A stretch of DNA of 63,923 nt, filler included, from Phoronis australis (Eukaryota; Animalia; Phoronida), in the NCBI GenBank assembly GCA_002633005.1. It is 11 parts of 11 records of this genome, joined end to end, with 100 filler letters (N's around TTAATTAATTAA, not from the genome) between each part and the next. Parts side by side here need not be neighbours in the genome. Positions count along the whole stretch, not along the records: positions 48,491 to 51,258 come from NMRA01003437.1; positions 51,359 to 57,450 come from NMRA01002226.1; positions 57,551 to 59,663 come from NMRA01003848.1; positions 59,764 to 62,386 come from NMRA01003549.1; positions 62,487 to 63,923 come from NMRA01001654.1; 6 more parts are not named here. One strand, given 5' to 3'. Position numbers and translations under genes: made by a program. Numbering within the stretch: the stretch's first letter is position 1; every line of letters begins with the position of its first letter. Below the pieces are notes generated by a model. It was given only the letters and a program-made list of their open reading frames with translations. It ran no database searches and was not told the DNA's origin. Of the stretch, positions 50,261-63,039 are shown piece by piece.

Positions 50261-51026
50261 CTATGTGCGGCCCACAGTCTAGAACTAATTTATAGAAATC
50301 TTCTCAGTAACTAGCAGTTATGTGTGTATACTCAGGCACTTTGCTCTTTTGCCCGACCGAGATTTAGTTATTTTTCATAAATAGTTGTGTGGAGTAAGGC
50401 CAATTACGACTTTCATCAGTGAAACAGACCCCTGGCGGGGAACTTGCGCTGACCGTAACTTGTGGTGGACCAAATCAGTGTGCTCGTCTTTGGACAGACA
50501 CACGCCCTCTTTGGGAGAAATANCAGTGATATCGAAAAAACGTATTACCTTGAGAATCCACAAGACTATGTTTATTCACTGCACGCAATGTCGAGAAATA
50601 ACGCCTCCTTAAGTGTCAAAAAGGCATTCGAAGCTAAAAAACGAGGCGCCCTAATTTCTCATCACCAAATGGGAGTAAAATGTGTTTGAACAATGACAGT
50701 AGCATTCACAACCCCACAGGTCTGGAATTAACTGTGAAATCCATAATAGAGTTCAAATCCGTGACATCGACCTTATCACCCTTTTGGGCATTTTCACCTG
50801 TTGTTAACCGTGCTTCACGCATAATCACATTCCAACAAAGATTACAGCTGCACACACATATATTATGCCCGATATGCAGGTTACATCAAAAGCACTCAGC
50901 GGAGATTTGATGGCTATGAACCATACAGGAATGTGCAGTGTATTTTATGAAAACAAAAATAGAATTAGAAAGAGCTCAACGTTGAGCTTATAATTAAGTC
51001 TGTCAGTCACGAAATCTGACATTGAT

Positions 51027-51258
51027 CTATTCATCCTCACCAGCATTCCAACACATCAAATGTCGCCATCGCAAAGCGACACCTTTCGCCTGCATAGAAT
51101 AAGTGGTAGAGCCGTTGCCCGCGCGACAATTTCGTTGAAATCGAGACTTCAAACTTTGGAAAAATCCCTTACGTTTTACAACGTCTGTTTTATCCGTAGA
51201 ATCGCCGATAGAGTTGTGGATGTTCTCTGACACAGAAGATTCGTCATCTAAAGGTACA
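51027..51258 (-). CDS. Possible terminal coding exon of an unidentified gene (...DDESSVSENIHNSIG...WNAGEDE*)
   Basis: Frame open from the spacer edge to TAG with protein-like composition; no recognisable family. Confidence 0.3.
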
Positions 51259-54200
51259 NNNNNNNNNNNNNNNNNNNNNNNNNNNNNNNNNNNNNNNNNN
51301 NNTTAATTAATTAANNNNNNNNNNNNNNNNNNNNNNNNNNNNNNNNNNNNNNNNNNNNACCACCCGCAAATGAGTTCAGACACGCCGACCTATTCCTCAG
51401 TGAATATATCCTTGAACTTAAACCAATATATTTTCATATAACAAACAAATAATTATCTCGGGGGACTTGAACATCCACCTTGTAAACTGAAACCCCAAAA
51501 TGAAAGTTTATGAATTTTTTGATATGTAATGATAGCCTACCATCACCTTCCTAAAATCACTCTTTCCATTAGATTTACCAATCACTATGCTTCCACATAC
51601 ATGTACATACATGTATATATATTAAATTTTCTGGTATACTTGCAGTCTCACGCTGCAATTCTACTATCGTCTCTATTTGACCACTGTCCAACCTTCATGT
51701 TGACACCAAAATAACCATGAAGCTCAAGTACTCAAACACATTAAGACACACGTAAGGGGAGTCGGTGGAGCGACCAGCACCGATCTACTTATTATCTAAA
51801 CTGTCAACTGTTCGTTGGTGACAACTTATAGAGAGTGAAACAAGAGAGAATATAAATTTTCTGAGTTTCATAATTAAGCACTAAATATGAAATACAAATC
51901 TACAAACTTACAACTAACTTCTGTCGACATCGCAGCTTTGACTTTTAATAATAACCCAAAGAATTTATAAACCAGAAGAATTCACCGAAAAACGTTAATG
52001 ACCAAATTTGAAAGGCCCCAAACAGTTAGTATGCTTGGTTGGGATTCCTTGCGGATAGAGTCGAGACCCGGCAGAGCCGAAGTTTTAGCGTGAGGGGCCC
52101 ATTTTTATAGGGGTCGCAAGTTAAACGTAAAAACCAATCAAAATGCAAAAATTTCTACATGTACATTTGCGCACAACTAAGGAAAATCTACGATTAACCC
52201 GGTACTGGTGGATACATAACACAAACTAAGCAATTACAATTGTCCTATAGTTGGCTGTAAAGAAGGCAAGGAAACTAACGCATGGCTCACCTCTGGCTCA
52301 TGGACCCCTCGTGCTTCATTCATGCCTTACTCACAGTAGCTCCGGGCACAGTCACGCTAATTGCGCTCACGCTAGTTGTCACGGTCGACTCACGTCTCAC
52401 TCTCCGGTCTGTCTCCGGTCACCTATAGCCATGCAGACCGGAGAGAGCTAGACCGGAAAAAGTCTAATAATTCAGTTGCTGTATTGTAAATTGTCGTAAA
52501 ATTTCCGGTTGGCCCGGTCAAAACACAAAGTTGATTGAATTAAACCATATCAGCAAACGATTACTACCAAAAGAAGATGAGCGAGGTTTGATAACGGGAG
52601 TATTTGTTGGAGGTGGAAAGAATTAAACACATCGACAACCTCCTAAGGTGTTCCTCTATGCGCAAAAGGTATTTATAACAATGTGACTTTGGTGTTTTAG
52701 TCGGTGCTTAGGCATAATTCGCCGAAAAGCTTCCTCCGTATGGAGCGCCTGAGGAGCTGCATCGCCTCTGGTCGGGCCAATAGAGGCGATGGTCATTGCC
52801 TACCCTTTGTCAAGAAAAACACGAATTAACTTTTTTAGTCAAGTTACAAAGTTAAAATTACTCCCCACAGTTGCTGGCTATGACTGAATGGCCAGGACCA
52901 TACTACTGATTCTCTGAATAACACGCATATAGCTCAGTGACCCTGCAACCAGCATGGTGATGCCCAGCTATCTGACTGTACCTCTTACTTCACTTCATGG
53001 GTGTAAGCGGAGCTGTATGTTGGCACTTGCAGTCTTTTGTAGATAAAATTATCCTGGTGATGTCTAATGAATAGACGAAACTTGAATCAACATGAACTTT
53101 TTTATTTGTGCGTCGATCGTCCGTTTAGATTGAATACAAAGGGAGTGCTGCCGTGAGCAGGCATTATAAAAGTTGTCCAAGGGCAAATTGATTCGCAGCG
53201 GTGACCAGTGTAAGCGATAAGCTCTCCACGTGCAAAATCCGTTTTGCACATTCTAATTTTGTCAGCCTCGCGCCGCTCTCCCTCGGGTGAGCGGATGCAT
53301 CCTTCAAGCTTTGATCTGCGGCATATGGCAGAACTGCCACCCACCTTTATGCCTCTATAGCTCAACATATTACACAACGTTTTATTTATCGATATTTGTA
53401 GTAGTAGTTCAGCTAGTCATAATACATACTCACCCCCCACCCTCGTTGTTTCACTGTAAACTAGCTTCGTTATCGCACTTAGCGCAGAAGATTAATTGCT
53501 CGTGGTTGTTTCCTAGAAATATATGCGCATGCAGATACTTGACTAAACTAATGAAGAATTGGTTTAAGATTAGCAACAAGACTAGTAACACTCATGAAAA
53601 GTTGATGAAAGCTAGGTGAAGCACACTATTCAAAATAAAAATAACCTACTATCTGGGCATTAAAGACTGACCATCAACTTCAAAAGCCGTTACCTGGTAA
53701 AGCTGGACCAGTTTCGAAGAAATTATCAATTTCATCACGTGTCAAAGTCAAGTCCAACCTTTAGCGTAGCGTTCAGTGATTGGCTGCTTTCTGGGTAATG
53801 TAAATACATGGGCGGCGCACCATAGGCCGGGAGTTGAAGGGGAGGGGGGGGGGCTATAGCCCTCCACTTTNNNNNNNNNNNNNNNNNNNNNNNNNNNNNN
53901 NNNNNNNNNNNNNNNNNNNNNNNNNNNNNNNNNNNNNNNNNNNNNNNNNNNNNNNNNNNNNNNNNNNNNNNNNNNNNNNNNNNNNNNNNNNNNNNNNNNN
54001 NNNNNNNNNNNNNNNNNNNNNNNNNNNNNNNNNNNNNNNNNNNNNNNNNNNNNNNNNNNNNNNNNNNNNNNNNNNNNNNNNNNNNNNNNNNNNNNNNNNN
54101 NNNNNNNNNNNNNNNNNNNNNNNNNNNNNNNNNNNNNNNNNNNNNNNNNNNNNNNNNNNNNNNNNNNNNNNNNNNNNNNNNNNNNNNNNNNNNNNNNNNN

Positions 54201-57200
54201 NNNNNNNNNNNNNNNNNNNNNNNNNNNNNNNNNNNNNNNNNNNNNNNNNNNNNNNNNNNNNNNNNNNNNNNNNNNNNNNNNNNNNNNNNNNNNNNNNNNN
54301 NNNNNNNNNNNNNNNNNNNNNNNNNNNNNNNNNNNNNNNNNNNNNNNNNNNNNNNNNNNNNNNNNNNNNNNNNNNNNNNNNNNNNNNNNNNNNNNNNNNN
54401 NNNNNNNNNNNNNNNNNNNNNNNNNNNNNNNNNNNNNNNNNNNNNNNNNNNNNNNNNNNNNNNNNNNNNNNNNNNNNNNNNNNNNNNNNNNNNNNNNNNN
54501 NNNNNNNNNNNNNNNNNNNNNNNNNNNNNNNNNNNNNNNNNNNNNNNNNNNAGGAATGCATCCCCTAACAGCAAAACAAATACACAGCGGCTGAGTGGAT
54601 TGTTTAATAAAGACAAATAACGACAAAGTGGTTAATTTTGCATCTTTTGGGTCAGCAGCTGTTTTTAGACGAATATATATTTTTGGCAACATGAAGACCA
54701 TGTGCGCACGCGCTGCCTTCAAAAATGATCTCGATGAAAAGGTCTACATTCATTCAGGGTACAGAAAAACATGCTATAAGGTTGACGGACCAAACTTGTT
54801 TCTCGAGCATCAAAATGGACAGAAAAGACAAGACGCATGGTTATCTGGAAGTCAACCTGCAAAACCCATGTGCTAGTCGTCTTAGTTACGAACAAGCCAG
54901 TCTCAGAAACAAGATGGTTCTACTTTGCTGTGGGTAAATGCATTGATCATCGACAAAATAGCGTACCCTAAAAGCATCTTAACTATCTCTGCCCGGTTTC
55001 TTGAAAACTTAAAGGAGTATCACCGGCACAAGTGCTGTCACATTTTCTGAACATTTAGCGCGGTCAGTGTTATCACAAAAATCGAACTTGCGAATTGACA
55101 AGTTAAATGAAACACGGATACAGAACTGCCTGATCAGAAGTTGGCGATCAAGCATTTTTAGCTGTTTTATTCTACAGTTCCAGCTTCCAGCAGCACACGG
55201 ATGAGAGTGGGACATGCGAATTAGTTGTGGTAGAGCTAACAATATCAGCTGAACACAGGACTGTGACTAGCTGTACATCAGAATAAACAAGCCCTAAGTG
55301 AAATATTCGTGAAGACGCCTTTAGTTTAAAATTTGCTACTTTGGCAACAAATTCAAAAGAATTGTCACTTGACACTGGCTACACAAAACATACATCACGT
55401 TTTACATTTACATGAAGCTACAGACTTAAAAGAAGCAGAAAAGTAATCTAACAAAAGCTTCCCAATGCTGAATGTTGTTGATCAGTTGACCACTCCAAAA
55501 TCAGTGATTGTCATTTCTTGTTATGGGTTGGTAAAGTTACTCATATTTTTAGTTTTCAATTCAAAAACAGTTTTCTTTTGGAAAAGAAAAATGTCTTCTG
55601 TCAAACACGGAGCTCCATGGTCTTACACACGTTTTCAAAATGATGAAAATTTCCTAAAAAGAAAAAATCGCACTATTCATTGATGGTTCGCAATCCTCTT
55701 TAGGATTTTTGATGTAACTTCAATGTTACTCAATGACTCATCATCATTTGCAGAAATTTATTGTTGTGTGCTACAACCACAACTAAAATCTTACAATCAT
55801 TATTAAAATGAAACAGAATGTTACATTGTAATATGCAACCACTCAAACACTCTCAAAGGAAATGTCATAAATTTCTAAACACAATCATTTTTTTGCTTTA
55901 GCAAAACTAGGTAGATCTGTTACTTTTGCATCCACTCAATAGCCACTCCATAGAAATCAACAATACCCCTCACCAAGAATCTAACATGACATCTGCTGTG
56001 ATTTCCTAAATGACAACTGCTCATGAACAACTCCTAAACAATGTAGTATTCACAAGGGTTAACGCTTGGGGTGTTTAAATGTGAAGCTAAACGAAGGTAA
56101 CACAGAGAGCTGATTTGCACCAACTGTGTGCATTGCAAGTGCTGAAAATATCTGGAGTGCTAATTTCTCAAACAATTCAGATTTCGTGTGAAAATAAAAG
56201 AAAAAAAATGATTTCACACAATAAGTTGAAATGAGAAATGGGCATGAAATCCAGCTTTATAGAACAAAACAGAGACCACTTCATCAATTAACATTGAGTG
56301 AAAACTAAGCATGGAATATTAGGGTGCAGAGGCTAAGTCTCACAAATAGGGTACCGCACAACCCATGTCTCTTTTTTTGATAAATGTACTGCAAATTAAG
56401 AGCAGACAATCCACGCGTGCACCAAGGCGGGGATCAAGTGGCGAAGTGGGCAAAAAGGTCCTCTACAGAGAAACGAAGAGTCCAAAAAAGTAGAAAACGA
56501 GACAAAAGTCCACTAAAAAGTCAGGAACTACCAAAATTCGGTGAATGCACAATTCACAGTTCTGAGCGTACCCGTTTTTTTTCAGTAAAATATCCACATT
56601 CTCAAATATTTGAGCCCCCCATTTTTTTAGGCTGGGTGCGCGCATGAAATCATATTAAGTTAAATCCTGCCATTCTTCAGGATGTAACCATGTATGCTTG
56701 AACAGATACATCAAGCACACACTGTTCAACAAGTTGTCAAACCAATGAGAATATCATTCTAAATATAATTAACATCTCATTATATTTGTAGCTGAACAAT
56801 ATTTCTCATTTTGTCTGTTTTTTTACTTCAACTTTATGTCGCCTCCTTTTAAACTGGTATCAAAACAATGGGTAAGACCAAGTTTCATAGAGGAACAAAG
56901 GAAATGGACGTCACCAGCTGTAGCAATATTTGCAAAACCATCACTCAGGTCCACTGTTTGTTTTGCGACAGGGCCTTGAACGGAATACAAACCCACAAAG
57001 AGAACATCTCTCATCAGCATTTCCACCAGGAACCTCAAACTACAGAAAAATTGGTTTGATTTATGAAATCAGCAAACTATATAAATGAGTACAACTTTCA
57101 AAATGGGCGGTAAGAAACAACTATGACACAATCTAAGTTCGCAGTTTTGGAAACATTCAACCACAAATATAGCATGAAGGCTCTCTACCAAACTCCCTTC

Positions 57201-57562
57201 TGAAGTTTTTCTTTCAAATATATGGTTTACCCCAAAGTTGATCATTTTCAATCAAAACTGCAATGGCTTGCTTTCACTGTATGCAGCATTCATCCTTCTT
57301 TTTTGGAGCAGACGGATAAGACATAGGATATCCTGGGTAAGCTGCAGTGCTGGACTGTGGCTCATAGGGGTTATGGTAAATTGGCCTCGTAGCCAAGCCA
57401 ACATTCAACCCACTGGCTGTATCCGCAACACTCACTGGGTTATTAAGGGANNNNNNNNNNNNNNNNNNNNNNNNNNNNNNNNNNNNNNNNNNNNTTAATT
57501 AATTAANNNNNNNNNNNNNNNNNNNNNNNNNNNNNNNNNNNNNNNNNNNNAAAAACTATTGA

Positions 57563-57855
57563 GTACTTCCGTAACTCACTGGCAATTTCCGTACCGTCCT
57601 TGACCTCGAGCGGCCCACGATGAAAGTGTGTGGGGGCTTTTAGTGAACATTTTTGTTCTATGACTGCGAATTTCTTACGAAGTCGCCATAACAGGACACC
57701 GTGAATGGTATTTGGAGAAAGAACAATTCTTCATGGTTTGTTGAACCTCTGTTTTGTGTAAATTTATTGAGTTTTATATTTGCTATGGACGGCTGAAGTG
57801 AAGCACCCGTGGAATTTCTATTCGGGAGTGTCATACCTCGTAGTATTATATGTAG
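57563..57855. repeat. Inverted copy of the 34333-34620 repeat (one palindrome arm, cut by spacer)
   Basis: Reverse complement matches GAAATTCCACGGGTGCTTCACTTCAGCCGTCCATAGCAAA...CGTAAGAAATTCGCAGTCA...GAGGTCAAGGACGGTACGGAAATTGCC. Confidence 0.88.
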
Positions 57856-58409
57856 AAGGGCTTGGAATGACCAATGACAAAAAACGCGGAAAAATTTTAC
57901 GGCCCAAATCATGCCCGATGTGTACCTTTCCCCGACAAAAATCGGGAGGACTAAAAAGAAAAAAAAACGTTACCACCATCAGTAGCATGCATCTGCGTCC
58001 TTTTAGCTCGCCCGTCCACTCCCAACCCACACATTTTTGGCTGCAGAGCGGTAGTATTTGTCGCCGCGCTCAACAATAACACGAGACGCCATTGAATATC
58101 CCACCATGCTGTCCCAGATGCCCCGGCAATGTTGACAATTTACATTCCTCCGAAACATAAAGAGCAACTTCCGCTTTTCGAGGTGAACGTCGTCTGCAAC
58201 GCCGCGGTAAGAAAGCAATTTGCCGCGGAAATTTTATATCAAATCATTTTCGAGGTGAACGTCGTCTGCAACGCCACGGTAAAAAAGGAATTTGCCGCGG
58301 AAATTTTATATCAAATCCATTTTTTTTACGCGGAAATATTATAAAAAAAGCGGAAAGCACATTTGAAAAAAGCGGAAATCCGCGTTTCCGCGGAAAATTC
58401 CAAGCCCTG
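57856..58409. mobile_element. hAT-like MITE with an internal 72-bp tandem duplication
   Basis: TIR AGGGCTTGGAAT / ATTCCAAGCCCT; many GCGGAAA subterminal motifs; 72-nt unit repeated at 58179 and 58251; no TSD seen. Confidence 0.65.
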
Positions 58410-60488
58410 AAATTTGGGTTCTTTTTTGACACACGCGTGATCATTGTAGTTATCATTCCTGCCGAGAGGTGTCGCAGTTTTATAATGAGCGGTCACTCGA
58501 GATCGGCTGCTGCAAATGAACACCTCATAAAAATAGAGAATGCATGAATAAGAACCTAATCAATACGAGTAATACATTTTTGGAATCACCATGATCACCC
58601 TGGCGAGAGAATTCAGAAAATACTAATATCAGGACAACTGTACCGTTTGTACGTTAATGGAGTCCAATTGTAAACAATGACCCATGGTTGATCGCAAGGC
58701 CAATACAAATCCTTTTCACCGAACGAAAATTTCACCTTTTTGCCTTCGCATACACGATCTTAAGATTAAGCAGGATTCCAAGTTCACGCACAGCATTTGT
58801 ACGGTACCTTAGTTGTAAATAACAACGCAAGATGTCGTTGACGCAGCTAGAAATGCATTGAATGAAAGATGACCGCACACAAACGAGTTTGTGGGTTAGT
58901 TTTTTGAAAGTGAAAGCTTGAACCAAAGTAATTTTAACATAGGAGTAAAGATTGTACAGTGACTAATCGATTGAGGTATATATCATACGTGAGAGATCTT
59001 TGTAGGAGATATGAAGGATTGAATAGGGACCCGGCAACTAGCGAAATTAATGAACCAGCACTGAACTCGCAATTTGTATCTATTTAGCAAAGTTTCAGGA
59101 AAGAATCACCAAAAAAAGGTTGGTACTTTAGAACCTATATCTTTTTCATGTGACAAACATGTCGAGTAAACAAGTTTTTACCCCAAAGGAGACGTACGTT
59201 TAAGCCTTCAAGGAGACACGAAACGTTGTGCACGCTCACTTCAGTTCGTAAATTTGGGAAAGGAAGAGACTAAGGGGGAACATGTGCAAGAACACGATCA
59301 GTAGATCTACGCGATTAATATTATTGATATTTGACAGATCAACAATTTTACTTTGGAAATAAGTTACTAAAAATACGAAAAAGACATTTAAAAGCGGATA
59401 ATGCATACTTATTATCTGGTTTGCAACTTTAAATGTAAATTTTGTCGCAATAATAATTTTTAAAACCTTGTGAAATGGGTCAGTATGGCGGACAGACTGA
59501 CTCAACTTCAGGATGCAGTCAACCAGGTAAACGTTGTTTTTGGACAGTACTCGTAATTATGTTGCTTAATTTTGAGGTACAGAACCCTTACAGTTATTCT
59601 CTCCTGTGATTTTTTCTCGACTATTTGATTGGATGAGTGTATTTGAATCTCTTCACTCTCGCANNNNNNNNNNNNNNNNNNNNNNNNNNNNNNNNNNNNN
59701 NNNNNNNTTAATTAATTAANNNNNNNNNNNNNNNNNNNNNNNNNNNNNNNNNNNNNNNNNNNNGGTCAAAGACCAAAGTTACAACATATAAGGAAGATTA
59801 TTTAGGAGCAGAAAACATGAAATGTATAATTCAGTCCAGTGTACAACAGTCTTTCATGCAAGTGCAAATAACAAGATGTATGACACAACAGACTGGAAAT
59901 GCCGATTGCTCAAATAATAAATTAGATAGTTTCGATACTGGAAGTGTCTTTCTGTGAGTGAGCAGTGGAATTCAAGGCATATTGCTTGGAATAGATGGTA
60001 CCAATTGTTTATATTCATCGTTGTTTCCTCACTAAACGAACATTAAGCATCAATACCTGTACTAGTAATTAACAATCTGAATTGTATTTTTAGCAGTCTC
60101 GATAATTTTAGTCAGTGTACAGTGCCCAGACTGGATAGCTCTTATATATTACCATGTCAAGCAGTTTATGAGAGTGCAGCTCGATTTGGCGACCTCAGAT
60201 TGTGTTTGGTCACCTGGGAAATTTTTAAGCTGCCACCAAGTCGCCACCACGGGCATCAAATTCAGACAATAATTCTTCCTAAATTCGTTTCAAAGTTCAT
60301 GTTGACTTCCTAACATTACATTACTAAAAGTTTTCCTGGATTCATTACCTTTGATTCACAATTGTTCCCTTTATTTCGTGAAATCAGTGCATTTGCTTTT
60401 CAGACAGTACACACAAAACACGCTTTAATTACAACAGTCACACATATTCACAAAACATTGAAACTCTGGTAAATATAACTCTAAGTCA

Positions 60489-61269
60489 GGTAATTGTTTA
60501 CAATATGACGACATTGACTTACACAAATGATTTTGGTATTGTTCGATTCCTTGCAACATTATGTTTCTAAAAATACAACGAATTTTTTCCTATCCTGCTT
60601 CCTTAGTATTTTATCGTGAAATTTCTGCTCGGACTATTTCCCGGTACTCGGTAGTAACACCGCCATGTTGAATGGAAGGAGTCACCTGGCAGTCAAAAAC
60701 TGAACTAATCTACCAACTTCTGCAGATTGTTACTTTTCATAAGTTCAAATTGACCGAAACCCGTCTATCTCCTGCTTGAGTTACGGTCCCAAGGGTTCGA
60801 ATTCGACACTATGGTGACCCTGCCAGGGTCCCTGGTACGCATCTGCTAGCAAGAATCCGCGAAAAAGCAGAGGTTGTTTTTGAGGTCCCAATTGGTGAAC
60901 AGGGTTTCACTTCAAACAATTTTCATGGAAAAATGGTCACAATTATAAAAAATTGGAAAAGGTGAAATGCCGCTACTTGTTCCTCCATATTATGTCGGGA
61001 AAACTAGCGGGAATCTCGCGCTTGCAAACACCATTCAGAATCAATGATGCTGTTTCATTCATTAACAACAGGTGTCGATGTAATCTTGAGTTGAGCTAAC
61101 ATGACGGTGTCAACCGGGAAATAGTGCGACCCGAAATTCAACAATAAAATACGGAGAAATCGCGGTAGGGGAAACATTTATATATTTGTGGAAAGATAAC
61201 GTTGAGAGGAATCGAACGATACCAAACACATTTGTGTAAGTCAATGTCGTCATATTGTAAACAATTACC
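60489..61269. mobile_element. 781-bp non-autonomous element with long TIRs and 8-bp TSD (Merlin- or Mutator-like)
   Basis: Perfect 41-bp terminal inverted repeat GGTAATTGTTTACAATATGACGACATTGACTTACACAAATG, extending imperfectly to about 180 bp; TSD CTAAGTCA at 60481-60488 and 61270-61277. Confidence 0.9.
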
Positions 61270-63039
61270 CTAAGTCATTAAACCAGATATTTACAAGTAA
61301 ATATAATTACCTTTGCCTGAAATGGACAGTGAAGTATTTTCCAGACCCAGGGCCAGGACCAGGTGCGGTGTTTGTTTAGAAAGATGAAGGCGCTTGCAGA
61401 AATAACTAACTTGAACTTCTGAAAAACATTTGTCTCTCAGCCCTTCAAAAACAGAAACAGATTTTGCCAAATGCCGCAACATTTCAATATAAGATTTCAA
61501 AGATAGTTTCCAAAGAGAAAATGCGTTTGCGTTACACTCTTATGGAGGCGGCCATTTTGAAACGGAAATAAGCGTAAGTTACCGTAGTGTTCCGACATTT
61601 CCCGAATGTTTTGGTAACATACCAAACACATCCGGGTACCTGTGGCTGTTGCTTGACAACAAACTGTTTACTGGTATTTCTGTTTGCTGAGTCGTAACTC
61701 CGATTCAGTTCGTGAAGTAATTTGTCATAGGGAAGACGCACTTGCGTTTTGGAATCAAAGAATTATGTCGAGTGCAGCGTTTACATCAAAGTCCCTCCAG
61801 AAAAACTATAAGGTTTGTGTCTATAGTCTTTCTTCGTGATTCACTGGAAGAAATTTCGTTGATTATTTGCGAAATTTCGGTCCACTGCGACTCGCTAAGT
61901 AGGCTACGTGGCATATGGCAGAGCTCACTGTTGAGAGTGCCATTCATTACCATGGTAAAACATGACGAAGTTTTTTACCTATTGCCCCATTTTAAGCAAT
62001 AGTTAAACTTACCTATTATTACTGCCAAGACTCTGGAGACTTACACGGCAATCTTGTTTCCTTGTACTAATTTGTAGACTTCGCAGAATCTAGTTTAGCA
62101 ATTAACCTGCTGGGCCAACTTGTTTTCTACCTACCGTCGAAAATTTCTTGGGGAGTACGTTTGGTAACCCAACAGGCGTCTTGGCTCAGCAATGTAAGAT
62201 AATCTTAAGATTCTAATCGATAAACAACAGAACTACCCTGTAACAGAATTGATTACTTCGAATTAAGCTTATAAGTTTTCTTTGTCAATGTCGTGACGCT
62301 AATAAACTAAATTATTTGCAGGTTGAGAAGCCTCCCTCTTCGGGAGCTTTCAAGGCAAAGACGTCGCCTCCCACTAACTTCAGGAANNNNNNNNNNNNNN
62401 NNNNNNNNNNNNNNNNNNNNNNNNNNNNNNTTAATTAATTAANNNNNNNNNNNNNNNNNNNNNNNNNNNNNNNNNNNNNNNNNNNNGCCATTTTTCCACT
62501 ACACCAAACTTGTCATTTTTTGTAACCATGCCACAGTTTAATGATCATGCTACGTTTAGAAAAAAGTGCAAGCTACCTTTATGCAGTGAAACTACAGAAA
62601 AATGCAAAGTTCATCAAAACCTGACTTAAATGTCGGTGTAATTACGTGCATTAATTTGACTTAGACACATCCCTGCACCTACCGGAGCTAACTGCTTGCC
62701 TTGGACAAGATGAGTGGGTACATGTACATGAGCTTTAAATCTATGGCTACGGGCAGTTGTGACCTACTCTTCATTTGGCGGATTTTAGCAGACGACAAAA
62801 TAAAATATCGGTGAATTTTTCTCTGGTAAAAATATTTCCAGGTGATCAGTGTAATGGGCCCACAGGCGAGGCCTGCGCTCGTCTGGTACAACGTGTATCA
62901 GACCGCCTGCAATTATTCTATTTTTTTCTGATTTTGTTCGAAAGATCCTGAAATCTATGGCATCGTACACTGAGATAATTCCACTTTAAGGTACATACCC
63001 AGCTTCCTCTAACGGGTGATGTGTTGTGATCTAACGTAA

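Noticed and set aside
52720-52791. Possible hammerhead ribozyme (GAAA, CTGAGGA and a 10-bp hairpin CATCGCCTCT/AGAGGCGATG)
   Set aside because: Stem II cannot be paired around the core motifs; only a simple hairpin is supported.
20687-54722. Long X-filled ORFs in the track (e.g. 20687-21172, 23502-24054, 25721-26116, 53735-54722)
   Set aside because: Their length comes from reading through N gaps.
50385-54937. Short ORFs at 50385-50910 and 54595-54937
   Set aside because: No recognisable motifs or consistent splice structure.
61545-61575. YY1/ETS-like promoter motifs (GGCGGCCATTTTG, CGGAAAT; also AAAATGGCCGC near 49567)
   Set aside because: No linked exon or gene start is identifiable, and such short motifs are common in repeats.
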